64,000 nucleotides of DNA from positions 11,822,479-11,886,478 of the forward strand of contig OZ199839.1 of assembly GCA_964304625.1 (NCBI GenBank). The letters run 5' to 3'. Below, in pieces: positions 1-13,700 of this stretch. Origin of the DNA: Kudoa neothunni (lineage: Eukaryota > Animalia > Cnidaria). Within the stretch, counting starts at the first letter, position 1; each line of letters opens with the position of its first letter. Below the pieces are notes generated by a model. The model had not been told where the DNA came from. It did not search any database and saw only the letters and a program-made list of their open reading frames with translations. The position numbers and the translations under genes were made by a program.

Positions 1-3000
1 ATACAATTGAGTTCACTTCCAAATATCTCGTGGAAAAAACAAATGGGAATATCATAATTAAAGGTATGTAATAATAAACCCGCTAGTTCATTCGCAGTCA
101 TTTATTTAATTAATGATATATTAATAAATGAATATTATTATAATTCGACATTTTTCAAATAAAAATAATTCAGAAATAATTGTTCAATTTATGTTTTATT
201 CTCAAGAAATAATATGCAAGATAAACAAAATTTAATTAAATTAGTGATTATACAATGGATTATAATTTGATTTCATTGTATACTTATTATTTATGATAGA
301 TGATATATATTAATTTATATCATTTAATTAATTAATTGTGTGAATATCACAAAAGAATTGATATCACCGTGAAATTCATGTTAAACCTAATTTTAACCCT
401 CCGGTATCCAGGAGAAAAGCTTACGCACATACATAGACGTGGACATTGTTTCCAACCACCCAAAAAACATCGGATTATATAATTGACTACGAATTATTTA
501 ATTAAACATATTTTGCATAATATTAAATTTATTCTGCATTCACCGTAATTGCCTTGTTCACACGGACTGCATTTTGTGCGGCATCGTTTTTGGGAGATCT
601 GTTACAAACACAGAAATGTTAACGTTTTTCGAATCTATGGTTTACCCTTTCACTTTTGTTTTGTATATTTGCTTTGGATTCCACTATGAGTTCTATTGCT
701 AGCTGTTTTTGGAAATCTCTTATGACCAAAGCTTTTATTGGTTAAGTAATTGAGAGTTTCTAGATCCATATAGTTGAAATTCATTATACACATCTGCTTC
801 TACTATATTGTAAAACACAGCATTTGGCCAGCGTCTAATGGCTCTTTCTGTAGAATAGCATCGCACAAGCTGATCGAAAGTGTCAACATCATCATTTGTC
901 GCATTGTAATATAGGATTATCTTAGGTTTTGATTTTTCCATTTCATGACCCCTATCAGAATCAATGTCCCAGGAAATACTTTGAGGTCATTAAGGTTAAC
1001 CTTTTTGTGCGTTTATTCTCAATATTATTTTATGTTAAAACAATAATATTATTCCTTAAAATTAAACTATGTATACACTTTTCTAAGAAATCAATCCGTT
1101 TTATTTATTATAATTATACAAGTTTGAGAAAAAGTATAAACAATGTAATTGCGCTAACGTAACGTATAGTTTATATGGTTTAAAATAGTTGGTTGTGTAT
1201 ATTGATTGCTAACAAATATAATAATATAGTTCCAATAAATTATCAAATCAACAAAAAGCACGCAGATGATAAAGTTCAACTAACAATACAGCCAGAAATA
1301 GATGTGAATCAATTAGAAGTCAAACTTGAATATTCCACTTTGAAAAAGACCCCTAATAAATATGACGTGAAGGAGACAAGATCAATAGATATAACGCTAA
1401 AATGTATCGAAAAAGTTTGCGAATATCTTTTGGAAAATATTGACAAAAATGAAAACTATTACATTAAAATTTTGCCAGGTTTATTGCAAAAGAAAGAACC
1501 TATTCTTATCAAAAGAGGTATTATTTTTCTGTATTATTATTAATATAATATATTCAAGAACCGACTACATTTGAGGTTAATTATAAATATAACAATAATG
1601 AATTATTGGTTGAGTTCACATTGAAAATTAAATTTGATGAGATATTCATCAAATGGAGCTTATCAGACTCAATAAATGTTTTGGTCAAAAATTCTAACGA
1701 TCTGTTCAAAAAGGTTGTGGTCAAAGATAACAAATGTACCTTAAATCTTGGACCGTTGTATCAAACAAAAGAATACAAATTAACATTTGAATCCGAAGAA
1801 CTTACTGGGAAGAATGAACTTGTAGTAGAAAGTAATAATTAATAAAATATCGAAAAAGTTGACTATTCCTACTTTTATTAAAAATATTAATTATAATATA
1901 ATGTATAACTTAAAAATAAAAAAAATTTCTTGTTGAATTATAAATGATAATTTTAGAGAGATTTGAATATGCATTAAAACATGAATGGGATTATCACAAA
2001 CTAGAAATAACATTGGTAATTTTCTCGAATGAACCTCGGATGGAATTTGCTATCGATTATTCTTATTACGAACAAGGTAAAAATATTGCTGATGCGATTA
2101 TAAACAAAAAAACAATTATATGCGAACATCATATATGTAATTTTGAAATTGAAAATATCAACTATAAAGTTGATCACATATTTTTACTTCATGCCCCAAA
2201 TCTTGTCGATCACCTTCAGTATGAAATAAAGAGAGGTGATTCAAAACTCAACAATGTGTTTCCATTTTCTTAATTTTATTATATTTAGAACCATGCCCAT
2301 TGTCAAGTATACAACAAAAGTCGTTTGAAAACGATAAACTGAATCTAATAATTAAACTTTTATCGGCATACGAAGAGCTATCAGTTGATTATTCAGTTTA
2401 TGAAACAGGTGAAAATACTGATTTACTCACTCTACATTCAAATGAACTGATATCGTGTATAATGAATACATGCGAATTATCCATTTCAGACTTAACACTT
2501 ACAAAGTCTTATAATGTTGCTGTGAAAGTACCCTTGTGTGAAGCAGGCAGGACTCTATCAATCGATAAATGTATAATATCCGAATCATAAAAATAATAAA
2601 TTGTTTTAGTTCGAAGTGATTACACAATAACATACAATTATCGCAAAGAAGAGTTCAATAAAGTTACACTTACTCTACAATTGCAGCTTTCACTTCCTTA
2701 TGATAAAATCGAGTTAGAATGGTCTCTGAAAACAGGTTTGAATTCAGAGGTCGTTAAGAGTTCATCTTCGATGACTGCGCTGACTAAAGAGGTTTCCTTA
2801 TTTTCATTATCTATACCAGAAGTTGATATAAATAATGAATATACAATTGAGTTCATTTCCGAATACCTTGTGGAAAAAATAAACAGAAATATCCTAGTAG
2901 AAGGTATATAATAATAAAGTTGTTTATTTCATTCGCATCTAACTATTTAATTGATACTATATTCATGATCTAATTTTAATAATATTCACTAATTTTTCCA

Positions 3001-6000
3001 ATTAAACAATTAAGTAATAATTAATCTATTTTTACTAGATTATTGACGAAAAATTAAAAAAAACATTAAATATTATATAAGGATTAGAATTTGTTTTTCA
3101 TTGTTTATTTATTATTTAGAATACTTGAATATGAAGTCTATTATTTCGATTAATTCGTCTTATGAGTACCACTAAATAATTGATATAATGTGGAAATTTA
3201 TAAACAAAAATTAAATTAAAGATGTAATTTACATTTATAATGGGTTTGTAATTCAAATTTGACAAATAATATATTTTCTATACATAATAATTAATAATAC
3301 ATATGTACAATCCCTGTTATTTTTATGTTTATTATAAAATAAAATTACGAGGAATAGAAACAATTTTTTAAAAACTGCATTCGATGATATAATCTTATAT
3401 AACTGATTACCACCTTTCTGAAAGTTAGCTAATATTCACCAACAAATTTAGTAATTGTGTAAACTATTAAAGCAAATAATTCGATTTTTAATGTTACAAA
3501 TTTTTTAAAATGATTGTATTAATTTAATCCTAAACTATAACATGAGAATTTCAATTACTAAATTTTACATTTTAATCTTCCCTGTAGGTGGCGCGTGACC
3601 ATGGGGGAGCCGATTGGGCCATTTTTGGACCATGATAAAAAAATATAAAACGCTTCAAATTTTTATTTAATAACTCAGCTCATCTCTTTGAGTAATTAAA
3701 CGCAATACATGGATAAATTGGGTTCCAATTTTCAGTTTTTGTTATTAATCGTGAGCATGTTAAAGTAGGTCAGCTACCTCCAAATTAATAAAATTATGAG
3801 CGTTATAGTCTGTGAGAGTATTAAAGACAAAAGTAATCGTCGAGTTAATCAATTAAAAATTAAAATAAGCTGAAATGGAGTAGGAACATGACCTCGCCCG
3901 GACAGTTTTAATGACAAACGTGTTTGTCGCCTTTCAGAAGGCTCCGAATGGATTAAGTATATTTTGAATGTCTCATTGTTTTTCACAACACTGTATTAGA
4001 CAGCGATGAAAAATAATTTTTCAGTATCGTGTCGAGTTACAAAAATATTTGATGTGACGGTCAAAATATGGATATTTTTTCAAGAAGTTGAAAGGGGTTA
4101 TTGTTGTTATAAGCATTCTGCGAGTGAATGTATTTATGATTATACTAAATGAACTTTCCGACTCACCACTCACCAATTGGTTGGATACGAGTCATGAGTA
4201 CTTAAATTACTAAATTAAATTAACACATCGTTTTTAGAATACAATAAAAAATTGTCTTCCAACAAGTTCTACACCAATAATAACAAATTTATATAAGAAA
4301 ACTATTTGAAATATTTGTTACATACGATAACTTACTTTTGCTTGGGCTGATTCGCATAAATTAATTTACCGAAATTAGAACGAAATAATGTGGACTTGCT
4401 ATCTTTGATCCATTAATAGAGAAAGCATCTGATATGATGCTGTTTTTTTGAATAATCAACATCGTCTTCGTAGGAATCGTCAGATTTTGATATTTTAAAA
4501 TCAGAATCATCATTGGAATTAAAATTAAGATTATTTTATAGAAGCTATTCGATATCTCTGCATGCATTATGCATTATTCGCGGTCATATTGCTTAAGTAA
4601 TAATTGAATATTATTTTTCGAGAATGAATAACTTAAAAAGGATTAAAAAAGTTACGTTTTATTAACACAAAAGAAATGTTAAATTGTTTGTGTACCTATT
4701 AATTTTCGTTAACCTCATTTGAGCGTAGCCATAAACGAAAATGCAATTTTTGAGTTAAATAACTTAAACCAGTAAAATCTAATTTAATTATTTAAAAAAA
4801 TAAATAAAAAGTGATACAATATTACTTTTTTTGAAAAATAAAACAAAAAATAATCTTTTCTCATAAAAAAGTGGTATAGTTATTTTCTTAAATAATTGAA
4901 ACGAATAAAAATTTGTTTGTTACAGAAGTCATCTTATTACCCAGACCCTTCTAGATGAATTAAATGTAGAGATCAAAATCCTTAGGGTCACAGATGACCC
5001 CACATTGGACCGGGGGGTTAATTGCAGAATAAATAATCTATTTTATTATTAAGTTCGTAAAAATTAATATTTTTAGAGTTAAAATCTTAGCCTGAACTTT
5101 TTTGTTGTTAACAACTATAATAATTTAGTTCCAATAAGCTATAAAATCAACAAAATCCATGTCGATGATAAGGTTCAACTAACAATTCAGCCAGAGATAG
5201 ATGTTAATCGATTAGACGTCACGCTTGAATATTCGAAACTAAAAAAGACTGTTACCGAATTCTTCGTAATAGAGAAAAAATTATTACTTATAACGCTAAA
5301 ATGTATCAAAAAAGTTTGCAAACATCTTTTAGAAGATATTGATAAAAATGAATATTATCATATTAAAATTGTGTCTGATTTATTGGAAGGGAAAGAACCT
5401 ATTCTTATTAATAGAGGTATTATTGTTCATATTTTATTTTCAATATAATATATTCAAGAACCAACTGAATTTGAGGTCAATTATAAATATAACAATGATG
5501 GATTATTGGTTGAGTTCACATTGGAGAAAGACATAAAAGAAATTTTCCTTAAGTGGAGTTTACTGGGAAAGGAAGAGAAATCTATAAAAACCTCCAATGA
5601 TCAAATTCATATGTTATCATGTGAAGCAAAAAAATGTTCCATCGAACTTGGCAAGTTGGACCAAGCTGAACAATATAAATTCGCTTTCCAGTCTGATGAA
5701 CTTGAAGGAGTCACCGAATTAATAATCGAAAGTAGATCTTTTTTCCTTAAATCGAAATATTATTATTAGTTCAGAAATGATTAAATAAGTTCTTTTTTTA
5801 TTTATGTTCACTTTTTCTAGTTAACTGGGAAATATTTTTAACAAATATAGAAGAATTGGAGAAGACAATGGAACTTAATGACGAACCAATAGTATAGTTA
5901 ATTATGCCGACTTTCCATATGTTATGCATATATTAGATTACCGGAAATTTTATAAAAGCTTGGGATAAAATAGTGTATGAAGTAATCGAAACAAGTAACT

Positions 6001-7811
6001 AAAACCACGTACAATTACAATTATAATAACTTTCAATTTAGCACCAATTCAAAATAATTCAACCATTGAAGACAGCCCAAAAAAAGAGAAGGAGGAAGAA
6101 ACTTCGTAAATAGATCAAAATAATGACATTAATATAATAATTATCTTGTTTGTAGAATCTTCTTAAAACAAATTAACCTTTTGGACAAGAATATCATAAA
6201 TATTGACGTTAATGGGGAAATCGATTCGGACAATATAAAATTGAAGACAATCACAACACAAGAGGCTTCAAAAACGATATATTTTGCTAAATCAATAGCC
6301 GACAATGAAATTAATGACATGTTACAGAATTCAACGCTTGCTGTAAACAACGATGAGCCATTGCAATCCACTTATTTGCACATGGAATTTTCAGCTGATG
6401 ATTCTTCCGCTGAAGGGGACAACCAGAGTAAAATTGTGTTGGCCGTAACGAAAAATAAGGAAATTAACAATTCAACACAAACAAATGATATTATTGCGGG
6501 AGATGTGCTAATCATAAAAGTTTCAAATAATCAGACAAAAAAATTAAATATAACGTTCAGTCAAATTATAAAAACCAATGATAAAAAGAACAATTTTAGA
6601 TGTTGCACGTTAGATAGTATATTAATACTATTAATTATTGTAAATAATAAACATGTTTCCTTATAAAGGTAAAACATTAGCTTGGGAAACTAAATACTGC
6701 TCAATTTTACATGAAGTTTCTATTTCAACATTCCTCACCAATTACACATGCACTTGCAATCACACCACAAGTTATGCAATCATATATAATGTTTTTGATG
6801 ATGATTCATCAAAAAATATTCTCTATCAACATGAAATATCTCTAATAACAACTTGCGTTTCGATGATATTTTTGTTCCTCACAATTGTGTGCATTTTATC
6901 GTCTAAGTAAATTTTGTACGATGAATAGAAATTGAATGTTAACTGTTTGATTATAGAGTTGTTAAAAAAATAAGAATTTTGGCTCAATTGTGGATGTGTG
7001 TGGCTATATTTATATTCCACTTGGCATTTATCTTGGGAAATGTGTTTAACAAAATACATCAATCCTGTTTTTATGTTTCCATCTTCTTACATTATGGCCT
7101 TATGAGTCAATACATGGCATTGTTATTAAATTCTCTTGTTGTTTTCCAAAGTCTTATATTAACAATGAAAAAAGTAAAGGAAATAATTATGAAAATTATA
7201 GCACTTCTCTTTTTAAGTGAGTATGTTTCTATAAAACATAATAATGGTTAAAAATTTAGTCATTCCTATATTTGTCGCAGCAATTTCTAGCCAATTATTT
7301 AGTGCTAATTACGTCATAAAAACAAAGTATTTAAATTATATCAATTTTCATTGCAATTTATTTGAATATTTATAGTTGTATTCCACATGGTTGGCTAAAG
7401 TTGGTGACAATCACGATTCCTGGAGTGTGTATATTATTGTTTAATCTAATGGTATTGTTCCTGGTATTACGCACAATCTACATGTCTGAAATCACAAATA
7501 AGAAAAAAAGTTCAATTAAACAACGTACAAGACAGTTACTATTCCTATTCATGATGTTAGGAATGCCGATGCTAATCCAATTATTATCCTTTTTTATTAA
7601 AAGTGAATTAATTATATTGGTTGCCAATTGTTTAAACACGTCAATGGGAACATTCTTATTTTTCATCTTTGTTATTGGAAACAAAGAAATGAGAACTCAT
7701 TTTACATCAATCATTGGGAACGGATCAGCCCCAAAAAGGATAATATTATCGACTGGGAGTAGATACACAACCAAGATGACTTTTTCATCAAGATCCAATC
7801 AAAAATTCTGA
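1..7811 (+). CDS. Adhesion GPCR (GAIN/GPS + 7TM) with tandem FN3-like extracellular modules; 5'-partial, multi-exon
   Basis: Hand-spliced GT-AG exons keep one frame: <1-63, 1230-1517, 1559-1831, 1957-2235, 2289-2570, 2610-2903, 5129-5416, 5459-5731, 5821-5891, 5937-5994, 6042-6105, 6156-6616, 6669-6906, 6957-7216, 7260-7326, 7376-7811. GPS motif C..W....C...CTCNHTTSYAI (6749-6781) directly precedes seven hydrophobic segments; Cys at top of TM3 (SCFY) and in ECL2 (NCIP). Confidence 0.92.
397..941 (-). mobile_element. piggyBac 3' remnant inside a GPCR intron
   Basis: ORF 735-941 has YYNATNDDVDTFDQLVRCYSTERAIRRWP (piggyBac YN..KGGVD..DQ...Y...R..RRWP). Degenerate Cys-rich tail near 520-630; TTAA|CCCT terminus at 393-400. 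Confidence 0.85.
3576..5017 (-). mobile_element. Internally deleted piggyBac-like element in GPCR intron
   Basis: Flanked by TTAA (3572-3575, 5018-5021). Left end TTAATCTTCCCTGTA is identical to 10714-10728. Right end carries the palindrome GGGTCAcagaTGACCC and ends GGG|TTAA. Acidic N-terminal remnant (NDDSDFKISKSDDSYEDDVDY) on - near 4450-4520. Confidence 0.7.
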
Positions 7812-10717
7812 AGAATTGCCTATCTTATTTAAGTATAATTAATATACCAATACAGACTACATTGTATTTTTCCCCTTTAAATTTAATACATTTGTTTTTA
7901 TTGTGGATAAAAACTATATTGCTTGTTAGGTTATCATAATTAATGATCATCCTTAGAGATTCATTTTAATGAGTCACGGAGTCGAATAAAATAGATTACA
8001 GGATCATGGTAGTGATATAAATAAAAAGCCATCGGAAAGTTTTCTTTGGCTGCACTAAAAAATTATTTTCTTATTAATTATTCGTAAACGTTAAAATAAC
8101 ATTTCATTTAGAGACTTAGATTGTAAGCGAATTTGTGTAATATTCTGTTGAGAACGTACACTCAAGAGATTTTATCACTAATGAAAATATCGTAGCAAGG
8201 GTCTCCGAACTAAGTTCCTTAGACGTTTATAAAGCTGTCTGCCCACGTTTCTGTTCATTAAATATAATATTGTGTTAATAGATAATTATAATATTTCACG
8301 GAATAAATTTTATCAAAAGCGTCCTATTACATGAATAACCCTTAGATTAATTCTTAATAAAAATAATATTTATAGTTAGCCAAAAACTTCAAATAACTTA
8401 CATCAACATAGGTTATAAAAAAATACTACTCTTTAAGTGTGATAAATATGTCGCAATACTAAACGATCTAACTAAAATAATTTTAAATTTTTTCCAACAT
8501 TTATAAGCTTAATTATATTTCGTCAATTACCCATTACATCTCTGCAGACGTAACACGTCTTGTTATTTAGTCTGTTGATATTAGTGCTCAAACATCTGAA
8601 TTTTTTTTGTCTAAGTTACACATTTAAACACTACAGAGATGAATTGTCTAACGGCGGAAGAAAATTAAAAGTGAATTCTGGATGAATAAATTTTAATGAA
8701 AGGCGAGAATTGTATTTTTTTGTTATTGACTTGAACCACCAATTAATGTGTTATATACAACAATGCCATCGCACTGCTCAATGAATTCAACAGTCTTAAA
8801 CATTATAAAAAAAACATTAATTGGAATATTCAAAATACTTAGGATTAATTTATACGAATAAATTTATATAACTAATCGAAAGCTTTATGTTTGGGTAATG
8901 AATTTTCACGATATTTTATGTGAAAATGAAGCGACGAAGAGAGTTAGTTTTTGTGACTCGCGGAGTAACAACGACGCCCGGATGTGGTCCTCTTATCCAA
9001 AAGTATGGATATTCCTAATATATGGAATAAAAAAGGGCTAAAAATTAAGGTAAATTTTCCCATATATTAGTTACTCAATTGTGATATATTCTACGTGTGT
9101 GATAAGTAAAAAGTTGTTGTGTACTTTATACACAAGTTTTGGTTTCAATCTATTTGTGTTTTTCTTCTAAACGGTCATTTTATTTTTACTTATAACTTCA
9201 TTTTACTAATGTTTAAATATTATTTAATCATACCAAATAAAATATTTTTTAAATTGACGCTATTCCATTGAGAATTTTTGGAGTATCCAAGGAACCCGTC
9301 TACGACACACGCATGAATTTGTTGGGATCCGTTTTCCTACGGTTAATCAATTTCAAATTAAATAATTCTTCGTTTCTAATTTATTATTATTTAATGAATC
9401 AAACAAATAAATAAAACAATTATTTCTATTTTTTTAGAAAATAAATTATGATTTAATTGATAATTTTATTTAATTTTAATATTGAAAGTATTCGTCAGTC
9501 GACTCAAACTCATTATCTTCATTACACTTTAAACAACTTCTAACTTCTAATTTATTAGGAAAAACTCCTAAGACTTTTCTGTCTACGATATGTATTCCCC
9601 CGTAACAGTTAAGCTCACAATTAAGTCATCAAATAAAATTAATAACTTTTGAGAGTGAATCAAGATTATCGTTCGAATAATTGTCTAATTTTTAAACCTA
9701 CATGTATAAAGTTCTTATGTCTGCCAGTATGTGTTTGCAGCAGTACGCATGTGCCATGGAGAAACTTTCTTTAAATACAGCTTTTAGTTTGCATTTAAAT
9801 AGATGATACCATTAATAAAAATCGTTCATTTACTTAGATGTACAAATATAATCAATATCGCAATCAGATGCAAGGAATTTTGGGGGTTTCTACTCAATTA
9901 ACATATTAAAAAATATCTGAATAATATTGATGTTTGTTTGGAAAGTGTCTATTTGGACCAGGACATCCCAAACTTGGGGTTTCCCAAGATCTTGGGATTT
10001 TTCTTCTAACTTTGAGTTATTGGGGGGTTTTTTCGCTTTTAACCAAATCTTGGGTTTTTTTTGTTTATTTATAAAAATTTTAGATTACTGAATTCTTTGA
10101 GATCATTTTAAAAATAATAAGTTTCAGAATTAGGTGGAATAATCATATTTATTGTTTTATAAATAGAGCGAATTTAAATTATTCAAAATTTTAAAAAGAT
10201 ATCACGGTCGTCGGCAACGCGCTGATTTCCAACCCCCGGATTATTGTTATTTAATCAAGTGTACTTATTATTCTGTGATTTTATTTGGATATTTCAACGC
10301 CATCTTAAAATTTTATTGTTTTTTTAACAAAATATTTTAAGTTATTGACGTATTTTAAACTATGCGTGAAATTTCAAACGGAGCCCAAAAAAGAGCGAGG
10401 GATAATATGTGCACCAATCAAGATTGGCTAAAAGTAGGTATTAAATATAGGTTTGATCAAGATGTTAAGGACAGAAATTCCAGCTACTGTAAATGTTGAA
10501 CGAATTTATTCAATAATGAACACAGTAAAAACTAAACAAACTAACACATTAAAGACTGAAATTGTAAAATGTAAATATATCGCAAAGTAGTTGATCAAAA
10601 GAAATAATAATATGTGTTTGACGCCGCATCCAATAAATAAACTAATATATGATGTGAACAGCGGGGTTGTGAATCAACGATACCTTAAGCGCTTGAAAAA
10701 TAAATCATGCTTCTTAA

Positions 10718-13700
10718 TCTTCCCTGTACGGACTCAGAAAAAATTACGCCCTGTCCGAGGTGGGGTCACTGAGTGACCCCAGTAGAAACTTACCTTAATC
10801 AATTTCTCATTTTTCAAAACATAAATTTTACGATATTTGAAACATCGATAAATTCAGGAATGTATCATTTAAGGAAGCTTTTAGCTCATGTGAGATAGAA
10901 AATACGGATATTGATGAGTGAAGGCATCATGTAACCAAGCACAAAATATTTGTTTATATTCGGTTAACGGAGATTACGTAACTCAAATTCGAGATTTTCT
11001 AATTCACCTTACTACTAAGCGCTTCAATGATGAATTCATAAAAGTATACAAATTTTTAACTATACCGCGTGCTTAAGCTGCTGCATTCTCCATTTTCCCG
11101 ATTGTTGTTATCCTTTGTTTGAATGTTGGATGTTAATTAACCATTTTATTTTCAGTATATAGAAAAAGCAAAATAATTATATCTCGAAATATTACAACAA
11201 AAATTTATGAAATAATCCTTATGTAAGAGAACTGCATAAATAATAAAATTGTCTTTTTTTGAAACAGGATTTAATGCTAGACTTTAAATAATTTAATTTT
11301 TCCACAGAATTATAATTTTTCGTTTCAAAAGTAATACAGAACCAAAGATGCAATAAAATCAGTGTCATAAATGGCGCTTACATAATTACATTGAATAAGA
11401 TCTATAAAATCATTGTTCAAAAAGAAACTATTTGTTGCATTCGGTACATACAATGATATTTTTTGTCATTCAGAATATTTTTTGGTAAGATATAAGAGTT
11501 TAAAACTTCCATGTGGTTAAATTACAGTATACGTGTCTGGCCTCGGGCGAAAAAATTCACACTCGTTACAAATCGTAAGAAATATTTAAACAGTATATAA
11601 ATTCATTATATATTTACAAAAGGTGCTAATTTCTTGTCCGGAGTGTTTTCTTCGATACAAGAAATTGGCCACGTGTTCAGCAAGACTGTCTGGATTTTTA
11701 ATGGTCGCGTTTCTATATTTACGCTTGAAATCACCCCATGTCGCCTCTATTTTATTCGTATGGACGCCTTCATCAAAAAAAAGTCGGCGCTTATGAATAA
11801 CGGTTCCGTGGGTAAATCCCTATATTTCCAAGCGGTTGTATCCACCCCAACCATCCGTCCAAATAATGGAACCTTCCTCTACATTCTCGCATATGATTTC
11901 TTCTAGTACTATGCGATTTCTTTCTTGAGGTATCTTGAGGAAACAATTACCATCTTCGTCTATTCCTCCAATCATCCAGTATTGTTGATTTCGAAGGATG
12001 CGCCCCACACCATATTTTCTCTTTGTTATGGCTGTTTCATCGATTTGAGTCACAATGTCTTTCATATCAATTTTTGAAAACTCTTGATCCAATATTTAAG
12101 CCATCAGATCCTTTTCCATTGTTTTCCAATCACATATTGTAGAATAAGGCGAAATATCCAAATGATTGCATAATGTTTCATTCGTCATATTGGAATCTTC
12201 GACTGTTCAAAAGTAGACCCTATTCTTATGGAACATTTTTCGCATTTATATTGACATCCATCGCCAATATCTATTCTTAAAATTATGTACATACTTCCAC
12301 CACAAGAACAAGCGCGAATACTATTTAATAAACCAATATTCTGTAAACATTTAATAGTATAAGATAAATCCTATCGAAAATATCCATAATCTAACATTTT
12401 TATTTGATCAATGTCTTCTAAAGCGAATATTGTTTTAAAAGCAGACATTGGTGGCTAAAACCGGGCATTCAACGAAGTTAGCCAAGGCAAGACACGTATA
12501 CTGTATTTTAGCCTCATTTTGTTCGCCATATCGACACCGCCGTTTGTTTTATTGTAATGAATAATTACATTAGGTCGTTTTCTCTCCTCATTTTCAATCG
12601 AACTGTCGTTATGCTCGGTTGGGAGAAGAGAAGGTTCACAACGTAATTTGTTTTGGTTACATGAGACCAAAGTGAGGTCACCATGAAATCCAAAAATTGA
12701 CGAGAAAACCTCACGCCTAGGACTTTTGAAGAATTCTTTATGAATCTCGCGTTTGTTGGGTCGGATAGTTCCAGTCAAAGTTATTTTATTTGAAAGTAGT
12801 TCCTGGGCGAGTGGAAGAGAAGCAAAAAAGTTGCTGATTGTAACTCCTCGACATGTGTCGTAAAAAGGTGAAATATGGTCTTTTACTATCCTTACACCTT
12901 GGTTCATCTCTTTTAATCCACCAACATTTCCCGTATAAGGCTGTATGTTTAGAAGATATGATGTTTCGACATCTGCAGCCACCCATAATTTGATGTCTTA
13001 ACCATCTGGCTTAGATTTTATATATACCCGGAAGGAACATTTCCCTCTAAATCTTACCTACCTTTCATCCATTGTGATGTAGGTAGGGCCTGGCCAACAA
13101 TTTTTCAGACAATTATTATTAAAAGATTGAAAAACGTTTCGGATCTCCTCGAAATTATCATTGGAAATTTTTTTCACGTTTAGTTCTTTTCGCTTTATCA
13201 TCAAATTGCGACATTTGATAAATATGTGCGAATCTATTCCTCGAAATTGCTACCTCAAAATAAAATTGTTTAAATAAAGGATTGGTATTCTTTTGCACAT
13301 TCCAAAGTGCAGGGGATGATCCATTCGAGCAACCCGGAGCGTGCAAACCACCAAAAGAAGCCTTTATCTCCTCTACTGTTATTTCGTTACGGTTAAAACC
13401 TTTATATTGCTCATAATATTTATTCGTGCATTGCACTAACTACTCACTCATCAAGAATATCACGAGAAAAAAAAACAATCCAAATCATCATCTGATCCTT
13501 CATTTTCAGATTGGCTATTTAAATCTTCCAGGAAATCGTCAGTTGATGTATCAACATATTCAGGGAACTCGTAGTCAGATTCACTATCAATGTCTGTAGA
13601 ACAATCTTCAATTAGTTTTTCTGATTCGTCGTACATAATGTTTTACAAACATTAAATAATCAAAATTTATCATAACGTTCAAAACATCAAGTTAAGCTTT

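Noticed and set aside
1193-7811. ORF-track entries as separate small genes or an operon
   Set aside because: They are exons of one spliced gene. Many 'starts' are TTG/GTG, and the ends run into introns.
11523-12505. Apparent TA|CAGT...ACTG|TA ends, suggesting a Merlin transposase with Tc1-like termini and TA duplication
   Set aside because: The inverted repeat extends about 10 bp further out to GG(C/T)TA in both this and the 47814-48841 element, which are ordinary GG-starting Merlin TIRs.
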